Assembly (NCBI GenBank): GCA_049642065.1
Contig: JBAROK010000036.1
Span: 752-64,751 of the forward strand
From: Candidatus Omnitrophota bacterium
GTDB lineage: Bacteria; Omnitrophota; Gorgyraeia; Tantalellales; Tantalellaceae
DNA length: 64,000 bases
Reading direction: 5' to 3'
Every line of letters starts with the position of its first letter. Position 1 is the first letter of the stretch. Shown in pieces: positions 29,894 to 40,027 of the stretch. Made by a program: the position numbers and the translations under genes. A model generated the notes under the pieces. It was not told the origin of the DNA. It was given only the letters and a program-made list of their open reading frames with translations, and did no database searches.

Positions 29894-31498
29894 TCATGTC
29901 TCCACGCGGACCTGTTTCACATCGTTTATGTCTTTTGTTTTCTTTAGTTTCGAAAGCACGTTTTTAGGAACTTCACTATCCACGTTTAGCAGACTGATAG
30001 CTTCTCCTGTCTTTTTGTCCCTACCAAAGCTCATTTCAGCTATATTGATATCATGCTTCCCGAGCGCCGTACCGATTTTTCCTACTATCCCGGGAACATC
30101 GTTATTGTTAATGACAAGCATATAGCCTTCAGGAATAGCTTCAACGTAAAACTTATCCATCTTTATTATACGCGGTTCCTTGTTGGCAAAAAGTGTGCCC
30201 ATTATGAAATACTTCTTCTTGCCCGTATCGAATTCTACGCTGATCAGGTTCGCGAAATCGGTTATCTTAGGACTCTTCTTCTCTGTAACCTTGATCCCTC
30301 TTTCTTTTGCGATCAACATGGAATTAACGTAATTCACATCCTCTTCCAATATCGGATTGAATATCCCTTTCATAAGAGCACTTGTAATAAGCGCAACATT
30401 GCCATCGGCGACCTCTCCGATATAATGGACCGTTATGGCTTTTATCGATTCGTCTATAAGCTGCGCCTGTATAGATCCTAGCCGTTCCGCCAAGTTCATG
30501 TAAGGCTTAACGGCTTCTAATGCCTCTTCTTCCATAGCCGGGATGTTAGCCGCGTTACGGTATCCCTTGCCTAAAAGAGCGTCACGTACCGTCCTAGCCA
30601 TATCTACCGCTACGTTCAGCTGCGCTTCAGTGGTAGAAGCCCCCAAGTGAGGCGTGGTAATAACATTATCCATATCAACAACAGGACTATCTTCAGGTGG
30701 TTTTGACTTGGTCTCATACACGTCCAAAGCTGCCGCTGATACTTTGCCTGTTTTTAAGTTCTTTGCCAGAGCCTTCTCATCGATTATGCCGCCTCTTGCC
30801 GCATTGATTATACGGACTCCCTTTTTCATTTTCTTAAAAGCTTTTTCGTCAAGAAGGTGTCTGGTCTCCTCCGTAAGTGGAGTATGTATCGTGATAAAAT
30901 CAGCCTGCCTGAACAACTGATCAAGCTCTACAGGCTCAATATTCAGGGATTTAGCTTTCTCTTCCGAAAGGAACGGATCAAAAGCAACAACCCTCATGCC
31001 GAAACTCAGTGCCCTTTTAGCAAATTCCGCTCCGATACGCCCCAGTCCGATTATCCCGAGAACTTTACCGTAAAGTTCCACTCCCATGAATTTTTTCCTG
31101 TCCCATCTACCTTCTTTTACAGACTTACTCGCCTGCGGTATGTTACGGGACATGGACATCATGAGACTGAACGCGAGTTCCGCTGTTGAAATGGTGTTCC
31201 CGGCTGGAGCGTTCATAACAACTATTCCCTTTTTCGACGCCGCTATGATATCCACGTTATCCAGCCCTACACCAGCCCTACCTATAACCTTAAGATTATC
31301 AGCATTCTCTATGATCTTTTTAGTCACGGTGGTGCCGCTTCTTATAATAAGTGCATCGTATCCTTTTATCTTCTTCACAAGTTCACTCTCAGAGAGTTTG
31401 GAAACTTCATCTACTTGAAAATTCTTGTTCTCTTTAAGCACATCAACGCCTTCTTTAGCAAGAGGGTCGCTTATGAGGATTTTTATCTTTTTCGCCAT
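29894..31498 (-). CDS. serA: D-3-phosphoglycerate dehydrogenase with ASB and ACT domains
   Basis: 2-hydroxyacid dehydrogenase motifs GIIGLGRIG; 534 aa long form. Confidence 0.9.
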   Translation of the reverse strand: MAKKIKILISDPLAKEGVDVLKENKNFQVDEVSKLSESELVKKIKGYDALIIRSGTTVTKKIIENADNLKVIGRAGVGLDNVDIIAASKKGIVVMNAPAGNTISTAELAFSLMMSMSRNIPQASKSVKEGRWDRKKFMGVELYGKVLGIIGLGRIGAEFAKRALSFGMRVVAFDPFLSEEKAKSLNIEPVELDQLFRQADFITIHTPLTEETRHLLDEKAFKKMKKGVRIINAARGGIIDEKALAKNLKTGKVSAAALDVYETKSKPPEDSPVVDMDNVITTPHLGASTTEAQLNVAVDMARTVRDALLGKGYRNAANIPAMEEEALEAVKPYMNLAERLGSIQAQLIDESIKAITVHYIGEVADGNVALITSALMKGIFNPILEEDVNYVNSMLIAKERGIKVTEKKSPKITDFANLISVEFDTGKKKYFIMGTLFANKEPRIIKMDKFYVEAIPEGYMLVINNNDVPGIVGKIGTALGKHDINIAEMSFGRDKKTGEAISLLNVDSEVPKNVLSKLKKTKDINDVKQVRVET

Positions 31499-31538
31499 GA
31501 CACATCATCTCCTTCTGAAAAGCTGGGTAAAAAGTACT

Positions 31539-32669
31539 TTATTGCAATAATTGCTGTGCTTTCCCAACACCTTTACCAAATTCAATATTATAACCCAGCT
31601 GGCTGAGCACTGTCTCCACCCCGGCCAAAGCGCTTATCGTATCGTATTTATCCATGTATCCCAGATGAGCTATACGAAAGATTTTGGCCTTAAGCTGTGA
31701 CTGGCCACCGGCTATTGTCACTCCCTGCTCGTCACGCATCTTCTTTACTAGTGCGGCTCCATCAACACTCTCGGGCACCTTAACGGCTGTGACCGCGTTG
31801 GACGGTCTTTCCGAGAAAAGTTCAAGCCCCATAGCTTTAACGGCTCCCCGCGTAGCCTTCGCCAGGCGAGCGTGTCTACTGAGCACATTATCAAGACCTT
31901 CTTCCAGCAGCATGTCCAGCACCGCATCTAATCCCATAATAAGAGAAACTGCGGGAGTCCACGGTGTATCGTCCTTGCCATGCGCTTTCAATGCGGCCTT
32001 CAGGCTAAAATAGTATTTCGGAAGATCCGAACTTTCTATCAGTTTCTGAGCCTTTGGACTTATGCTCAAGAAACCAAGCCCCGGAGGAAGCATTAGACCT
32101 TTCTGAGAGCCACTTACAACCACATCCACTCCCCATTCATCCGGTTTTATCGGATCTGCCGACAGACCGCTTACCGCGTCCACAACGAAAACCGCATCTG
32201 TAGCAGCTACCACTTTAGCTAACGCTTCAATATCGTTCGCCACGCCGGTTGATGTTTCGCAAAGCGTACCGTAAACGGCTTTAATATCAGGGTTCTCTTT
32301 GAGGAGTTTTTCTACAGCAGCTGGGTCTGCTGACTTCCCCCAGGTAACATCATACCCTATGGCTTCCACGCCATACGCTTCGCATATTTCAGCAAACCTT
32401 TCACCAAATTTACCGCCTTTTATAACCAAGGTTTTATCACCCTTCGACAGAAGATTCACGACTGAAGCTTCCATCGCCCCGGAACCGCTGGAAGCGAAAA
32501 TCAGAACAGGATTCTCTGTATGGAAAACCTTCTTAAGCTTAACATTGACATCTTTCAAAACCGCCTGAAATTGTGGGGTCCTGTGATGAATGATCGTATC
32601 CGCCATCCTTAAAAGAACTTTTTCGGGAACCGGTGTCGGTCCGGGTGACATTAATCTGTATTTTCTCAT
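31539..32669 (-). CDS. Class V aminotransferase (AGXT/phosphoserine aminotransferase-like)
   Basis: PLP fold-type I class V features; next to serA, so a likely non-canonical SerC. Confidence 0.75.
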   Translation of the reverse strand: MRKYRLMSPGPTPVPEKVLLRMADTIIHHRTPQFQAVLKDVNVKLKKVFHTENPVLIFASSGSGAMEASVVNLLSKGDKTLVIKGGKFGERFAEICEAYGVEAIGYDVTWGKSADPAAVEKLLKENPDIKAVYGTLCETSTGVANDIEALAKVVAATDAVFVVDAVSGLSADPIKPDEWGVDVVVSGSQKGLMLPPGLGFLSISPKAQKLIESSDLPKYYFSLKAALKAHGKDDTPWTPAVSLIMGLDAVLDMLLEEGLDNVLSRHARLAKATRGAVKAMGLELFSERPSNAVTAVKVPESVDGAALVKKMRDEQGVTIAGGQSQLKAKIFRIAHLGYMDKYDTISALAGVETVLSQLGYNIEFGKGVGKAQQLLQ

Positions 32670-32694
32670 ATTGCTATTCCTCCCTCTAATATTC

Positions 32695-33288
32695 CTAAAT
32701 ATTGGTTATAACGTTGTCTACTACACCGTACTCTTTTGCTTCTTCGGCGCTCATGAAATAATCCCTATCCGTATCGGCCTTTACGCGATCCTGCGACTGA
32801 CCGGTATGCTTTACCAGTATAGTCTCAAGCTTTTCTTTTAATCTTATGATCTCCTGAGCCTGGATATGTATATCGGCTGCAGCACCCTGAGCCCCTCCCC
32901 AGGGTTGATGGATCATTATCCTGGAATGAGGAAGAGAGTATCTTTTCCCTTTAGCTCCGGCAGCAAGAAGAACCGCGCCCATACTCGAGGCCTGACCTAC
33001 ACAAAAAGTATTAACATCAGGTTTCACAAACTGCATAGTGTCATAGATAGCCAAACCACTCGTCACATGGCCCCCTGGAGTATTTATGTATATACTGATA
33101 TCCTTATCAGGATCCTCCATCTGAAGGAATAAAAGTTCCGCTATAACGATATTCGCAACATTATCATCTATGGGAGTGCCTATGAATATTATCCTGTCCT
33201 TTAAAAGACGCGAATAGATATCATAAGCCCTTTCCAGTCTGCCTTCCTTTTCGATCACCATGGGTATTACGCTCATAATTCCCTCCAC
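32695..33288 (-). CDS. clpP: ATP-dependent Clp protease proteolytic subunit
   Basis: Active site GQASSMGA and HQP motifs. Confidence 0.95.
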   Translation of the reverse strand: MEGIMSVIPMVIEKEGRLERAYDIYSRLLKDRIIFIGTPIDDNVANIVIAELLFLQMEDPDKDISIYINTPGGHVTSGLAIYDTMQFVKPDVNTFCVGQASSMGAVLLAAGAKGKRYSLPHSRIMIHQPWGGAQGAAADIHIQAQEIIRLKEKLETILVKHTGQSQDRVKADTDRDYFMSAEEAKEYGVVDNVITNI

Positions 33289-33297
33289 ATGTAAAAA

Positions 33298-34572
33298 TTA
33301 TGCTTTTCCAGTTACGCTTGCTTCTTCCACTAGAAAATCAAGCGTCTTCTCTTCCCTTAACTGCTCTTTTAACCCATCCATCAGATTATGCTCTTCGTAG
33401 TATTTTTTTACGTCCTCATACTTCTGGGAGTAAGAAGCTGCCAGCCCTTTAAGCCATTCTTCTATCTCTTCATCCTCCACTACGATCTTCTCCACGCTAG
33501 CTATCTCATCAAGGATAAAATATATCTTAACCTTGTCCTCCGCTTCCCTGGCAAGTTGATCCTTAAGTTTCTCTTTATGCCCCTCTATACTCTCTTTGTC
33601 CACACCCTTCTGGAGAAGATCAGCCTCCGCTCTATCCATAAGCACTTTAAGCTGCCTCTTTACCATAGACTCGGGAATATCAAAAGAGTATTTCTTAAGC
33701 AGCTGTTCCATGATCTGGTTCTTCATATTGATCTTTTCATTCGCGTCTTTCCTCTCTAATAGCTGCGTTTTGATCTCATCCCGAACTTCGCTTATGGTCT
33801 CTTTCCCCATCTTTTTTGCCAGCTCGTCATCAAGTGCGGGCAGTTCTTTCTTTTTAGTTTCCCTGACCTCGACCTTGAATACGGCCTTTTTGCCCGCATA
33901 TTTTTTATCCGGATACGTTTCCGGCAGAGTAACCGCTATATCCTTTGTATCGCCTTTTTTGAGCCCAATAAGTTCTTCTCCCATACCCAACAGTGACGAT
34001 TCCTTGTCCGCCTCTATCCACATATTCTCGCGCTCTTTCGAAACAGACTCACCGTCCACAAAAGTCTCTACGTTACAGACGCCAAACTGACCCTTTTCAA
34101 GCGGCTCTTCCGTATCAGTAAAATCCGCATTCATATTCACGAACCGATCGAGCGTTTCCGATACCTCTTCATCAGTAACGCTGATCTTCTGTCTCGTAAC
34201 CTTGAAACCTTTATATTTTTTGATATTAACTTCCGGACAACAATCAACTGTCGCTTTGAATTTAAGAACACCTGCTATCTCTAAAGCTACGTCGGAAACC
34301 TCAGGATAACTGACAGGTATAATATTGTGCTCCTGAATCGCCATCTGATAAGCTCGCGGTATCAGGCGTTGTTTTACTTCGTCTTCAGCATCCTTCCGAT
34401 AGTTCTTCTGTATAATGTCAAGTGGAGCGCTTCCCGGCCTGAACCCAGGTATTTTAGCCGTTTTTCGGATCTCTTCCAATACTTCATTATATGCCTGGTC
34501 TACAGCCTCTTTTGGCATCTCTATATCTATCTGTTTTGCTGTCCCACCGAGTTTTTTTACTTTGCTTTTCAT
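33298..34572 (-). CDS. tig: Trigger factor
   Basis: Ribosome-binding GFRPG motif; 424 aa; tig-clpP linkage. Confidence 0.9.
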   Translation of the reverse strand: MKSKVKKLGGTAKQIDIEMPKEAVDQAYNEVLEEIRKTAKIPGFRPGSAPLDIIQKNYRKDAEDEVKQRLIPRAYQMAIQEHNIIPVSYPEVSDVALEIAGVLKFKATVDCCPEVNIKKYKGFKVTRQKISVTDEEVSETLDRFVNMNADFTDTEEPLEKGQFGVCNVETFVDGESVSKERENMWIEADKESSLLGMGEELIGLKKGDTKDIAVTLPETYPDKKYAGKKAVFKVEVRETKKKELPALDDELAKKMGKETISEVRDEIKTQLLERKDANEKINMKNQIMEQLLKKYSFDIPESMVKRQLKVLMDRAEADLLQKGVDKESIEGHKEKLKDQLAREAEDKVKIYFILDEIASVEKIVVEDEEIEEWLKGLAASYSQKYEDVKKYYEEHNLMDGLKEQLREEKTLDFLVEEASVTGKA

Positions 34573-34608
34573 CGATCAATCGCCTCTCTAGTCGTATTAT
34601 CCTGCGTT

Positions 34609-35151
34609 TTAGAATGTCGGCTCTACCAAGCCGTAATTCCCGTCGCCTCTTTTATAAATTACGTTCACTTCACCGGTATCCGCGTTCTTAAAGACAATAA
34701 AAGCCTGGTCCATGACATCAAGTTCCAGCTTAGCTTCTTCAGCCAACATAGGTTTACTCGCAAAGGTACTGGTCTTCATTATCCTACCCGTCTCCTGCTG
34801 CTTTATGACAGCGTCACTGGCTCCACCGAAAGGATTCATTATCCTGCCCAACATGGCTTTCCTTCTTCGTGAATTCAGCCTGCCGTTTAATCTCCTTACC
34901 TGCTTTTTCACGTTTTCAGAAGCGTTATCTATTGAAGCATATATATCGGGAGAGCTTTCTTTTGCCACTACCCTGGTCCTTTTAAGATATAATATGATCT
35001 CGGCGTTCTTTCTGATCTTCTCTTCCTCCAGGATGACCTCGCACTTATATATACGCCTGTAAACTCGTTCCAGCTTATCCAGCCTTTTATGTATATAATC
35101 TTTTAGAGTATCATCAAGCTCGATATTTCTTCCGGTGATGTTTATATCCAT
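34609..35151 (-). CDS. hpf: Ribosome hibernation promoting factor (long form)
   Basis: S30AE family N-terminal domain plus C-terminal dimerisation domain; GGGGGTGA RBS. Confidence 0.85.
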   Translation of the reverse strand: MDINITGRNIELDDTLKDYIHKRLDKLERVYRRIYKCEVILEEEKIRKNAEIILYLKRTRVVAKESSPDIYASIDNASENVKKQVRRLNGRLNSRRRKAMLGRIMNPFGGASDAVIKQQETGRIMKTSTFASKPMLAEEAKLELDVMDQAFIVFKNADTGEVNVIYKRGDGNYGLVEPTF

Positions 35152-35194
35152 TTTTCACCCCCAAATAGTAGATTAATCATTATTAAAGAATAAC

Positions 35195-35223
35195 ACTATA
35201 CCATTATGTGTTTTTTTTTGCAA
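35195..35223 (-). promoter_or_regulatory. Candidate hpf promoter TTGCAA-N17-TATAGT
   Basis: Minus strand reads TTGCAAaaaaaaacacataatggTATAGT. Confidence 0.5.
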
Positions 35224-35230
35224 TATGTTT

Positions 35231-35246
35231 TGTGAAACTTTTCACA
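35231..35246. promoter_or_regulatory. Perfect CRP-family consensus TGTGA-N6-TCACA upstream of the hpf promoter
   Basis: tgtgaaacttttcaca. Site centre lies about 50 bp upstream of the predicted TSS, 7 bp from the -35. Confidence 0.45.
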
Positions 35247-35292
35247 AACTTTTTACACCTTTTCGACCCGGCCCGTTGTATGGGACCTTCTA

Positions 35293-36015
35293 TCACATAG
35301 AGAATCTTTCTCCCAGGTATATCTCACGCGCTTTCGGATCGTTTATCAGCTCTTCCTTGGTCCCTGCTATAAGTATGTTCCCTTCATACATTATGTAGGA
35401 ACGGTCCGTGATCGTAAGCGTTTCCCTGACGTTATGGTCCGTGAGCAATATCCCCAATCCCATATCCTTTAACTCGCGTATAACTTCCTGACAATCGTAC
35501 ACTGCTATAGGATCTATACCGCTGAAAGGTTCATCTAGCAGAATGAACATGGGATTCGTAACAAGTGTCCTTGTTATCTCAAGCCGTCTTCTTTCTCCCC
35601 CTGAAAGCGTGTACGCTTTGTTCTTGCGAAGATGTGATATCTTAAGCTGGTTTAAAAGAAGATCCAGCTGCCTCTGCCGCTCCTTTTTTGGAAACCCCAG
35701 GGTCTCCATTATTGCCATAATATTCTCTTCAACGCTTAATTTCCGGAATATGGACGGTTCCTGAGACAGGTAACCTATACCGGAACGTGCTCTTTGATGT
35801 ATGGGCAGTTTTGTTATATCATTTGTATCAAAAATGATGTTCCCACTGTCAGGCCGTATAATACCGGTTATCATATAAAAAGTAGTCGTCTTACCGGCAC
35901 CGTTAGGGCCCAAAAGGCCCACAACTTCACCGCGCCGGACGTTAATGCTTACCTTTTTAACGACCTGCCTGCCGCCATACTGTTTTACCAGATCTCTTGT
36001 TTCCAAAAGATGCAT
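35293..36015 (-). CDS. lptB: LPS export ABC transporter ATP-binding protein
   Basis: Walker A GPNGAGKTT, signature LSGGERRR; 240 aa; conserved position after lptC/A. Confidence 0.9.
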   Translation of the reverse strand: MHLLETRDLVKQYGGRQVVKKVSINVRRGEVVGLLGPNGAGKTTTFYMITGIIRPDSGNIIFDTNDITKLPIHQRARSGIGYLSQEPSIFRKLSVEENIMAIMETLGFPKKERQRQLDLLLNQLKISHLRKNKAYTLSGGERRRLEITRTLVTNPMFILLDEPFSGIDPIAVYDCQEVIRELKDMGLGILLTDHNVRETLTITDRSYIMYEGNILIAGTKEELINDPKAREIYLGERFSM

Positions 36016-36045
36016 TTTTTTCCTTTCTAAAGGTTGCGCTTATTT

Positions 36046-36936
36046 TTATTCGTCTCTATCCCCAAAAGTGCCACCGATACCACCTGATCCTTCAAGTTCA
36101 GCAAGCTGAGCGGGATCGATTATCACCCTGGGTCTTCCTATAAGCTCTGCGTGTTTAGTACTTTCGGTGTAGATGGCTTTTTCGCTAATAGTGTAACTTT
36201 TGCCCCTCTTCACCTTGACGTTACCTTCGGCTACGACCTGAGCTAGTTTTTTTGTTTCGGGATCGATATTTACTGTAAGTTTGTCCGCGAACATCTTCCC
36301 GTCTTTATCCTGCACACGCACGTTGTTGTAAAAAACAGCCGTGTTGTCCTGGTAACTTACTTCAAGCGGACCGTCACAGTTCACCTTGGTGGATGGCTCC
36401 ATCGTAACAAGCACTTCTTCGTCCAACCGGGCTCTTTTTTCATCGGAATTGGCCATACCGCCCTTACCGATAGCCGTCATCCCTTCCCCGGTAATGTAAA
36501 CTTCCATATCCGTTGATATCTCTTTTGTAAGCTGCGACCATTTCGCTTTTTCTGTTGCAAGCGTAAACCCGTCGTCAGATACTACATCCACATTTCCTAT
36601 AAGTTCTACTTCGCCTTTTTCCTTACTGTATACACCTTTATCAGAACTAATGTTGACTGTAGCATCTTCACCATAAGCAACAGCTTTCAAGTCATTAAGA
36701 TGTATGCCTTCGCCTATTATTTCCGCGGAAGTACCTTCAAGATGCCACTGTTTTACACCACCAGAACTGCGTCCGTCTATAACAAACGATAGGACTTTTT
36801 GCTCGAGTTCTTTTCCTTCTTTTTTTTCAGAAGTTATCTCCTCCAGAGAAGCCTTTATTCTGTTGACTTCCCGCCAACTCCAGAAAGTCACCGCTACCGC
36901 GATAGCAAGCATTGCTAATAATATTTTCCTACGCAT
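36046..36936 (-). CDS. LptC/LptA-family (OstA-like) LPS transport protein with N-terminal TM anchor
   Basis: N-terminal TM helix, OstA-like beta-jellyroll region; 296 aa, so a long LptC or an LptC-LptA composite. Confidence 0.6.
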   Translation of the reverse strand: MRRKILLAMLAIAVAVTFWSWREVNRIKASLEEITSEKKEGKELEQKVLSFVIDGRSSGGVKQWHLEGTSAEIIGEGIHLNDLKAVAYGEDATVNISSDKGVYSKEKGEVELIGNVDVVSDDGFTLATEKAKWSQLTKEISTDMEVYITGEGMTAIGKGGMANSDEKRARLDEEVLVTMEPSTKVNCDGPLEVSYQDNTAVFYNNVRVQDKDGKMFADKLTVNIDPETKKLAQVVAEGNVKVKRGKSYTISEKAIYTESTKHAELIGRPRVIIDPAQLAELEGSGGIGGTFGDRDE

Positions 36937-37867
36937 TTTCTGATCCCCTAGAGCTATGTACCGCTACCTTTTCTTCTTTTTCCATCTTTGTCTTCCATCT
37001 TTCGTGTATCCACACCCACTGCTCTGGATATTGCCTTACATATTTTTCAAGAAGCGAGCTCCATTGCTGCGTGTACCTCTTGATATCTTCCTTGTCTCTA
37101 CCGCCCGAGGACGGGTCTATAGGTTTTTCTACCACCACCTTATGGGTATTATCTTTCTTGCGCACTACAAAAATGGGCACTATCTTTGTCTTAGCCGCCA
37201 TAGCTATCTTAACAGGAGCAACCGGGGTAAAAGCCGGTTTACCAAAAAAATCCACGAAAATACCGTCTATACTGTCCACATCCTGATCGGGCACTATCCC
37301 CAGGATATTCCCGCTCTTTAGCACCTTTAGCATCTTCTTGGGTGATTCATCACGGTATATAACAGGCGCATCAAACCTCTGGCGCATCCGTGAAATGATC
37401 TTGTCATATTTATGGAAATAGATCCTCCTGGCGACAAGTGTCCCGGGATATCCTTTATATCTCGAATAAAGTCCTAGGAGTTCCCAGTTCCCAAAATGGA
37501 AGCCTAACACAACAGCTCCATTCCCTTCGGAAAGGACCGCATCAAGATGCTCAAACCCTTCATCTTCGGTCACAATACTACTAATCTTTCCTGGATCCAT
37601 CGAAGAAAGCTTTATCCATTCAGCGCCGTTCTTCGCAAAATTCCTAAAAACACCTTCTGTTATCTCAAGATTCGACTGGTGATCATTACCGAAAACATCA
37701 TCCAGATTAGATACTGCTGTCTCGCGGTATTTCTTGAGAAAACTAAAGGCCATTCTACCTAGAACATCCGCGATAAAAAGACCTATCTTAAGCGGGATCA
37801 ACCCCAACAAAAAGAATGCCACTCGAATAAGATAGTATATGTAGTATCTTCTCGTCTTTATCTTCAT
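36929..37867 (-). CDS. lpxL: Lipid A biosynthesis (Kdo2-lipid IVA) acyltransferase, LpxL/HtrB family
   Basis: N-terminal TM helix, HFGNWE catalytic motif. Start taken at MKIKT. Confidence 0.75.
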   Translation of the reverse strand: MKIKTRRYYIYYLIRVAFFLLGLIPLKIGLFIADVLGRMAFSFLKKYRETAVSNLDDVFGNDHQSNLEITEGVFRNFAKNGAEWIKLSSMDPGKISSIVTEDEGFEHLDAVLSEGNGAVVLGFHFGNWELLGLYSRYKGYPGTLVARRIYFHKYDKIISRMRQRFDAPVIYRDESPKKMLKVLKSGNILGIVPDQDVDSIDGIFVDFFGKPAFTPVAPVKIAMAAKTKIVPIFVVRKKDNTHKVVVEKPIDPSSGGRDKEDIKRYTQQWSSLLEKYVRQYPEQWVWIHERWKTKMEKEEKVAVHSSRGSENA

Positions 37868-37874
37868 TAAACGC

Positions 37875-38267
37875 TTATTCTTTGTATTCAGCTTCGACGG
37901 TCGTAGTGATCCCGCCTCTAGTATTAAACTCACCCCGCACTTTCATCCAAGCCGGGGAACACGCTCTTGCAAGGTCTTCAAGGATCCGGTTAATAACGTG
38001 TTCATGAAAAATACCGATATCGCGATATGCCACAATGTATTCCTTGAAAGATTTAAGTTCTAAACAGCTTTTTTTAGGCGAATATTCGATAAAAATGTGC
38101 GCAAAATCAGGTAACCCCGTCTTAGGACATATGCACGTAAATTCCGGCGTATCGATTTTAACCATGTACGCTTTATCGTCGTATTTATTTTCCCAAACCT
38201 CTATCCCGGGTAGGTTTAATTCCCTTACGTTCTCCTGTAACCCCTCATAAGTTGCTCTATCACTCAT
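37875..38267 (-). CDS. queF: NADPH-dependent 7-cyano-7-deazaguanine reductase (type I)
   Basis: CICPKTGLPDFA and ELKSFKEY QueF motifs. Confidence 0.9.
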   Translation of the reverse strand: MSDRATYEGLQENVRELNLPGIEVWENKYDDKAYMVKIDTPEFTCICPKTGLPDFAHIFIEYSPKKSCLELKSFKEYIVAYRDIGIFHEHVINRILEDLARACSPAWMKVRGEFNTRGGITTTVEAEYKE

Positions 38268-38284
38268 ATCTAAACCCTTGGTTT

Positions 38285-38977
38285 TTATTTAATACCGAGG
38301 TGCTGATGCACCTGCCCGAGTATCATCACGTCCCTATCGGTCTCTTTTTTAAGATACCCCTTAAAATATCTGAGCATCTCCGCGTCCGGTTCCTGAACCA
38401 TATCATTAACCGGCGTAACCGGCTGCAGTACAACTTTAAAATTGCCTGCCAACCCTTTTATCACACTCTTCATCCGTTTTATATCGTCCATAGTTGTTGA
38501 ATCGGTAATAACCGCTTTTATAATAAGTTTTTTCTCCAGAGCTATTTTCGCAAACTCCTCATGCACTTCCGTAAAATCTTCTCTATTCCGTGCCGAAGAA
38601 GGAAGCTTAATATCCATTGCCACAATATCTACGTGTTCTATCACTTTCTTAAGCTCGCCAGGAAGCGTACCGTTAGTCTCCAGGTAAATCGGATGTTTCC
38701 TGTGTTTTTTAAAAACCGGCAGAAACCGTTTTAAAAAATTCGCGTGCAAAAGCGGCTCTCCGCCAGTAAGAGCAAGTTCGTTATAATCGTCGTCGAAATC
38801 CAGTATCTTGCCCAAAAGAGCTTCTCTGGAAAACGATTTGTAACTTTCCAGAACCGTATCGCAGAACACGCACTCAAGATTGCAACCGTAAAAACGCACA
38901 AATAACTGCCGGCTGCCCGCGAAGGGCCCTTCTCCTTGGTAAGATGAAAATATTTCGGATATCTTTGCCTGTTCCAT
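38285..38977 (-). CDS. queE: 7-carboxy-7-deazaguanine synthase (radical SAM)
   Basis: CNLECVFCDT cluster motif. Confidence 0.85.
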   Translation of the reverse strand: MEQAKISEIFSSYQGEGPFAGSRQLFVRFYGCNLECVFCDTVLESYKSFSREALLGKILDFDDDYNELALTGGEPLLHANFLKRFLPVFKKHRKHPIYLETNGTLPGELKKVIEHVDIVAMDIKLPSSARNREDFTEVHEEFAKIALEKKLIIKAVITDSTTMDDIKRMKSVIKGLAGNFKVVLQPVTPVNDMVQEPDAEMLRYFKGYLKKETDRDVMILGQVHQHLGIK

Positions 38978-39651
38978 TAGTTTAGATCCCGGATCATCAA
39001 AGGGTCTTCTATCCCCGCCTCTTCAAACGCTTTTATCCTAAACATGCAGGATTCACACTTGCCGCAAGGCATATTGTCCTGCTTGTAACATGACCACGTA
39101 TGTTCGAACGGCACGGCAAGATCATTGCCGACCTGGACTATCTCTTTCTTTGTCTTGCCTATTATTGGCGTAACTATTTTAACTTCTGACGCTTCTACGC
39201 CTCTTTTGGTGCCTTTTTGAACCGCCTTACGAAAACTGTCAAAAAACTCACTGCGACAGTCAGGATAATTCGAATAATCAAGCTGATGAGCTCCTATAAA
39301 AACCGCATCCGCTCCTATCGCCTCGGCAAAAGAAACACCGTAGCTTAGAAAGATCATGTTCCTTGCTGGTACATACGTATCCGGTATCCCACTTCCGCTG
39401 GTTTCTGAGGCTTCGGGTATTTCTTTTGACTCATCTAAAAGTGAACTTCCTTTCCAAGGCAGATCGATCTTCAGAAAATAATAAGAACATCCCGCTTCTT
39501 CGGATATCTTCCTGGCAAAGTCCAGCTCTTTTACCGCCTTCTGACCGTAATCGAACATAAGGACGTGGCACTCATATTCCTCTTTAGCCATGTAAAGCGT
39601 TACCGCTGAGTCCATGCCGCCAGATAACAGTACTACTGCTTTTTTTCTCAT
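38977..39651 (-). CDS. queC: 7-cyano-7-deazaguanine synthase
   Basis: VVLLSGGMDS PP-loop; C-terminal Zn Cys cluster. Confidence 0.9.
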   Translation of the reverse strand: MRKKAVVLLSGGMDSAVTLYMAKEEYECHVLMFDYGQKAVKELDFARKISEEAGCSYYFLKIDLPWKGSSLLDESKEIPEASETSGSGIPDTYVPARNMIFLSYGVSFAEAIGADAVFIGAHQLDYSNYPDCRSEFFDSFRKAVQKGTKRGVEASEVKIVTPIIGKTKKEIVQVGNDLAVPFEHTWSCYKQDNMPCGKCESCMFRIKAFEEAGIEDPLMIRDLN

Positions 39652-39652
39652 C

Positions 39653-40018
39653 TCATTTCTTTGTATACGTCGCTGAGGACGTGTCAGTTTCATGCACCGT
39701 AACTTCACAGATATTCAGTTCGGGACTTTTTTCAGAAAGCTTTTCCAAGAGATACCGTGCGATATTCTCAGATGTCGGATTAACATCCTTAAAATAATCG
39801 ACCTCATTGAGATGTTTGTGGTCTAGTTCGCCCGTTACTTCCCGCAGGGCCTTTTTGAGCTCCTTGAAATCCACGACCATTCCCAATTCATCAAGCTCTT
39901 CTGAAGACACAACTGCTTCGACATGCCAGTTATGGCCATGCAGGTCCTCGCATTTACCCTTGTATCCTCTCAGGTTATGCGCACTACTGAACTGTGAAGT
40001 CACTTTTACTTTATACAT
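39653..40018 (-). CDS. queD: 6-carboxy-5,6,7,8-tetrahydropterin synthase
   Basis: CEDLHGHNWHVE motif; 121 aa. Confidence 0.9.
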   Translation of the reverse strand: MYKVKVTSQFSSAHNLRGYKGKCEDLHGHNWHVEAVVSSEELDELGMVVDFKELKKALREVTGELDHKHLNEVDYFKDVNPTSENIARYLLEKLSEKSPELNICEVTVHETDTSSATYTKK

Positions 40019-40027
40019 TTCTTCAGG

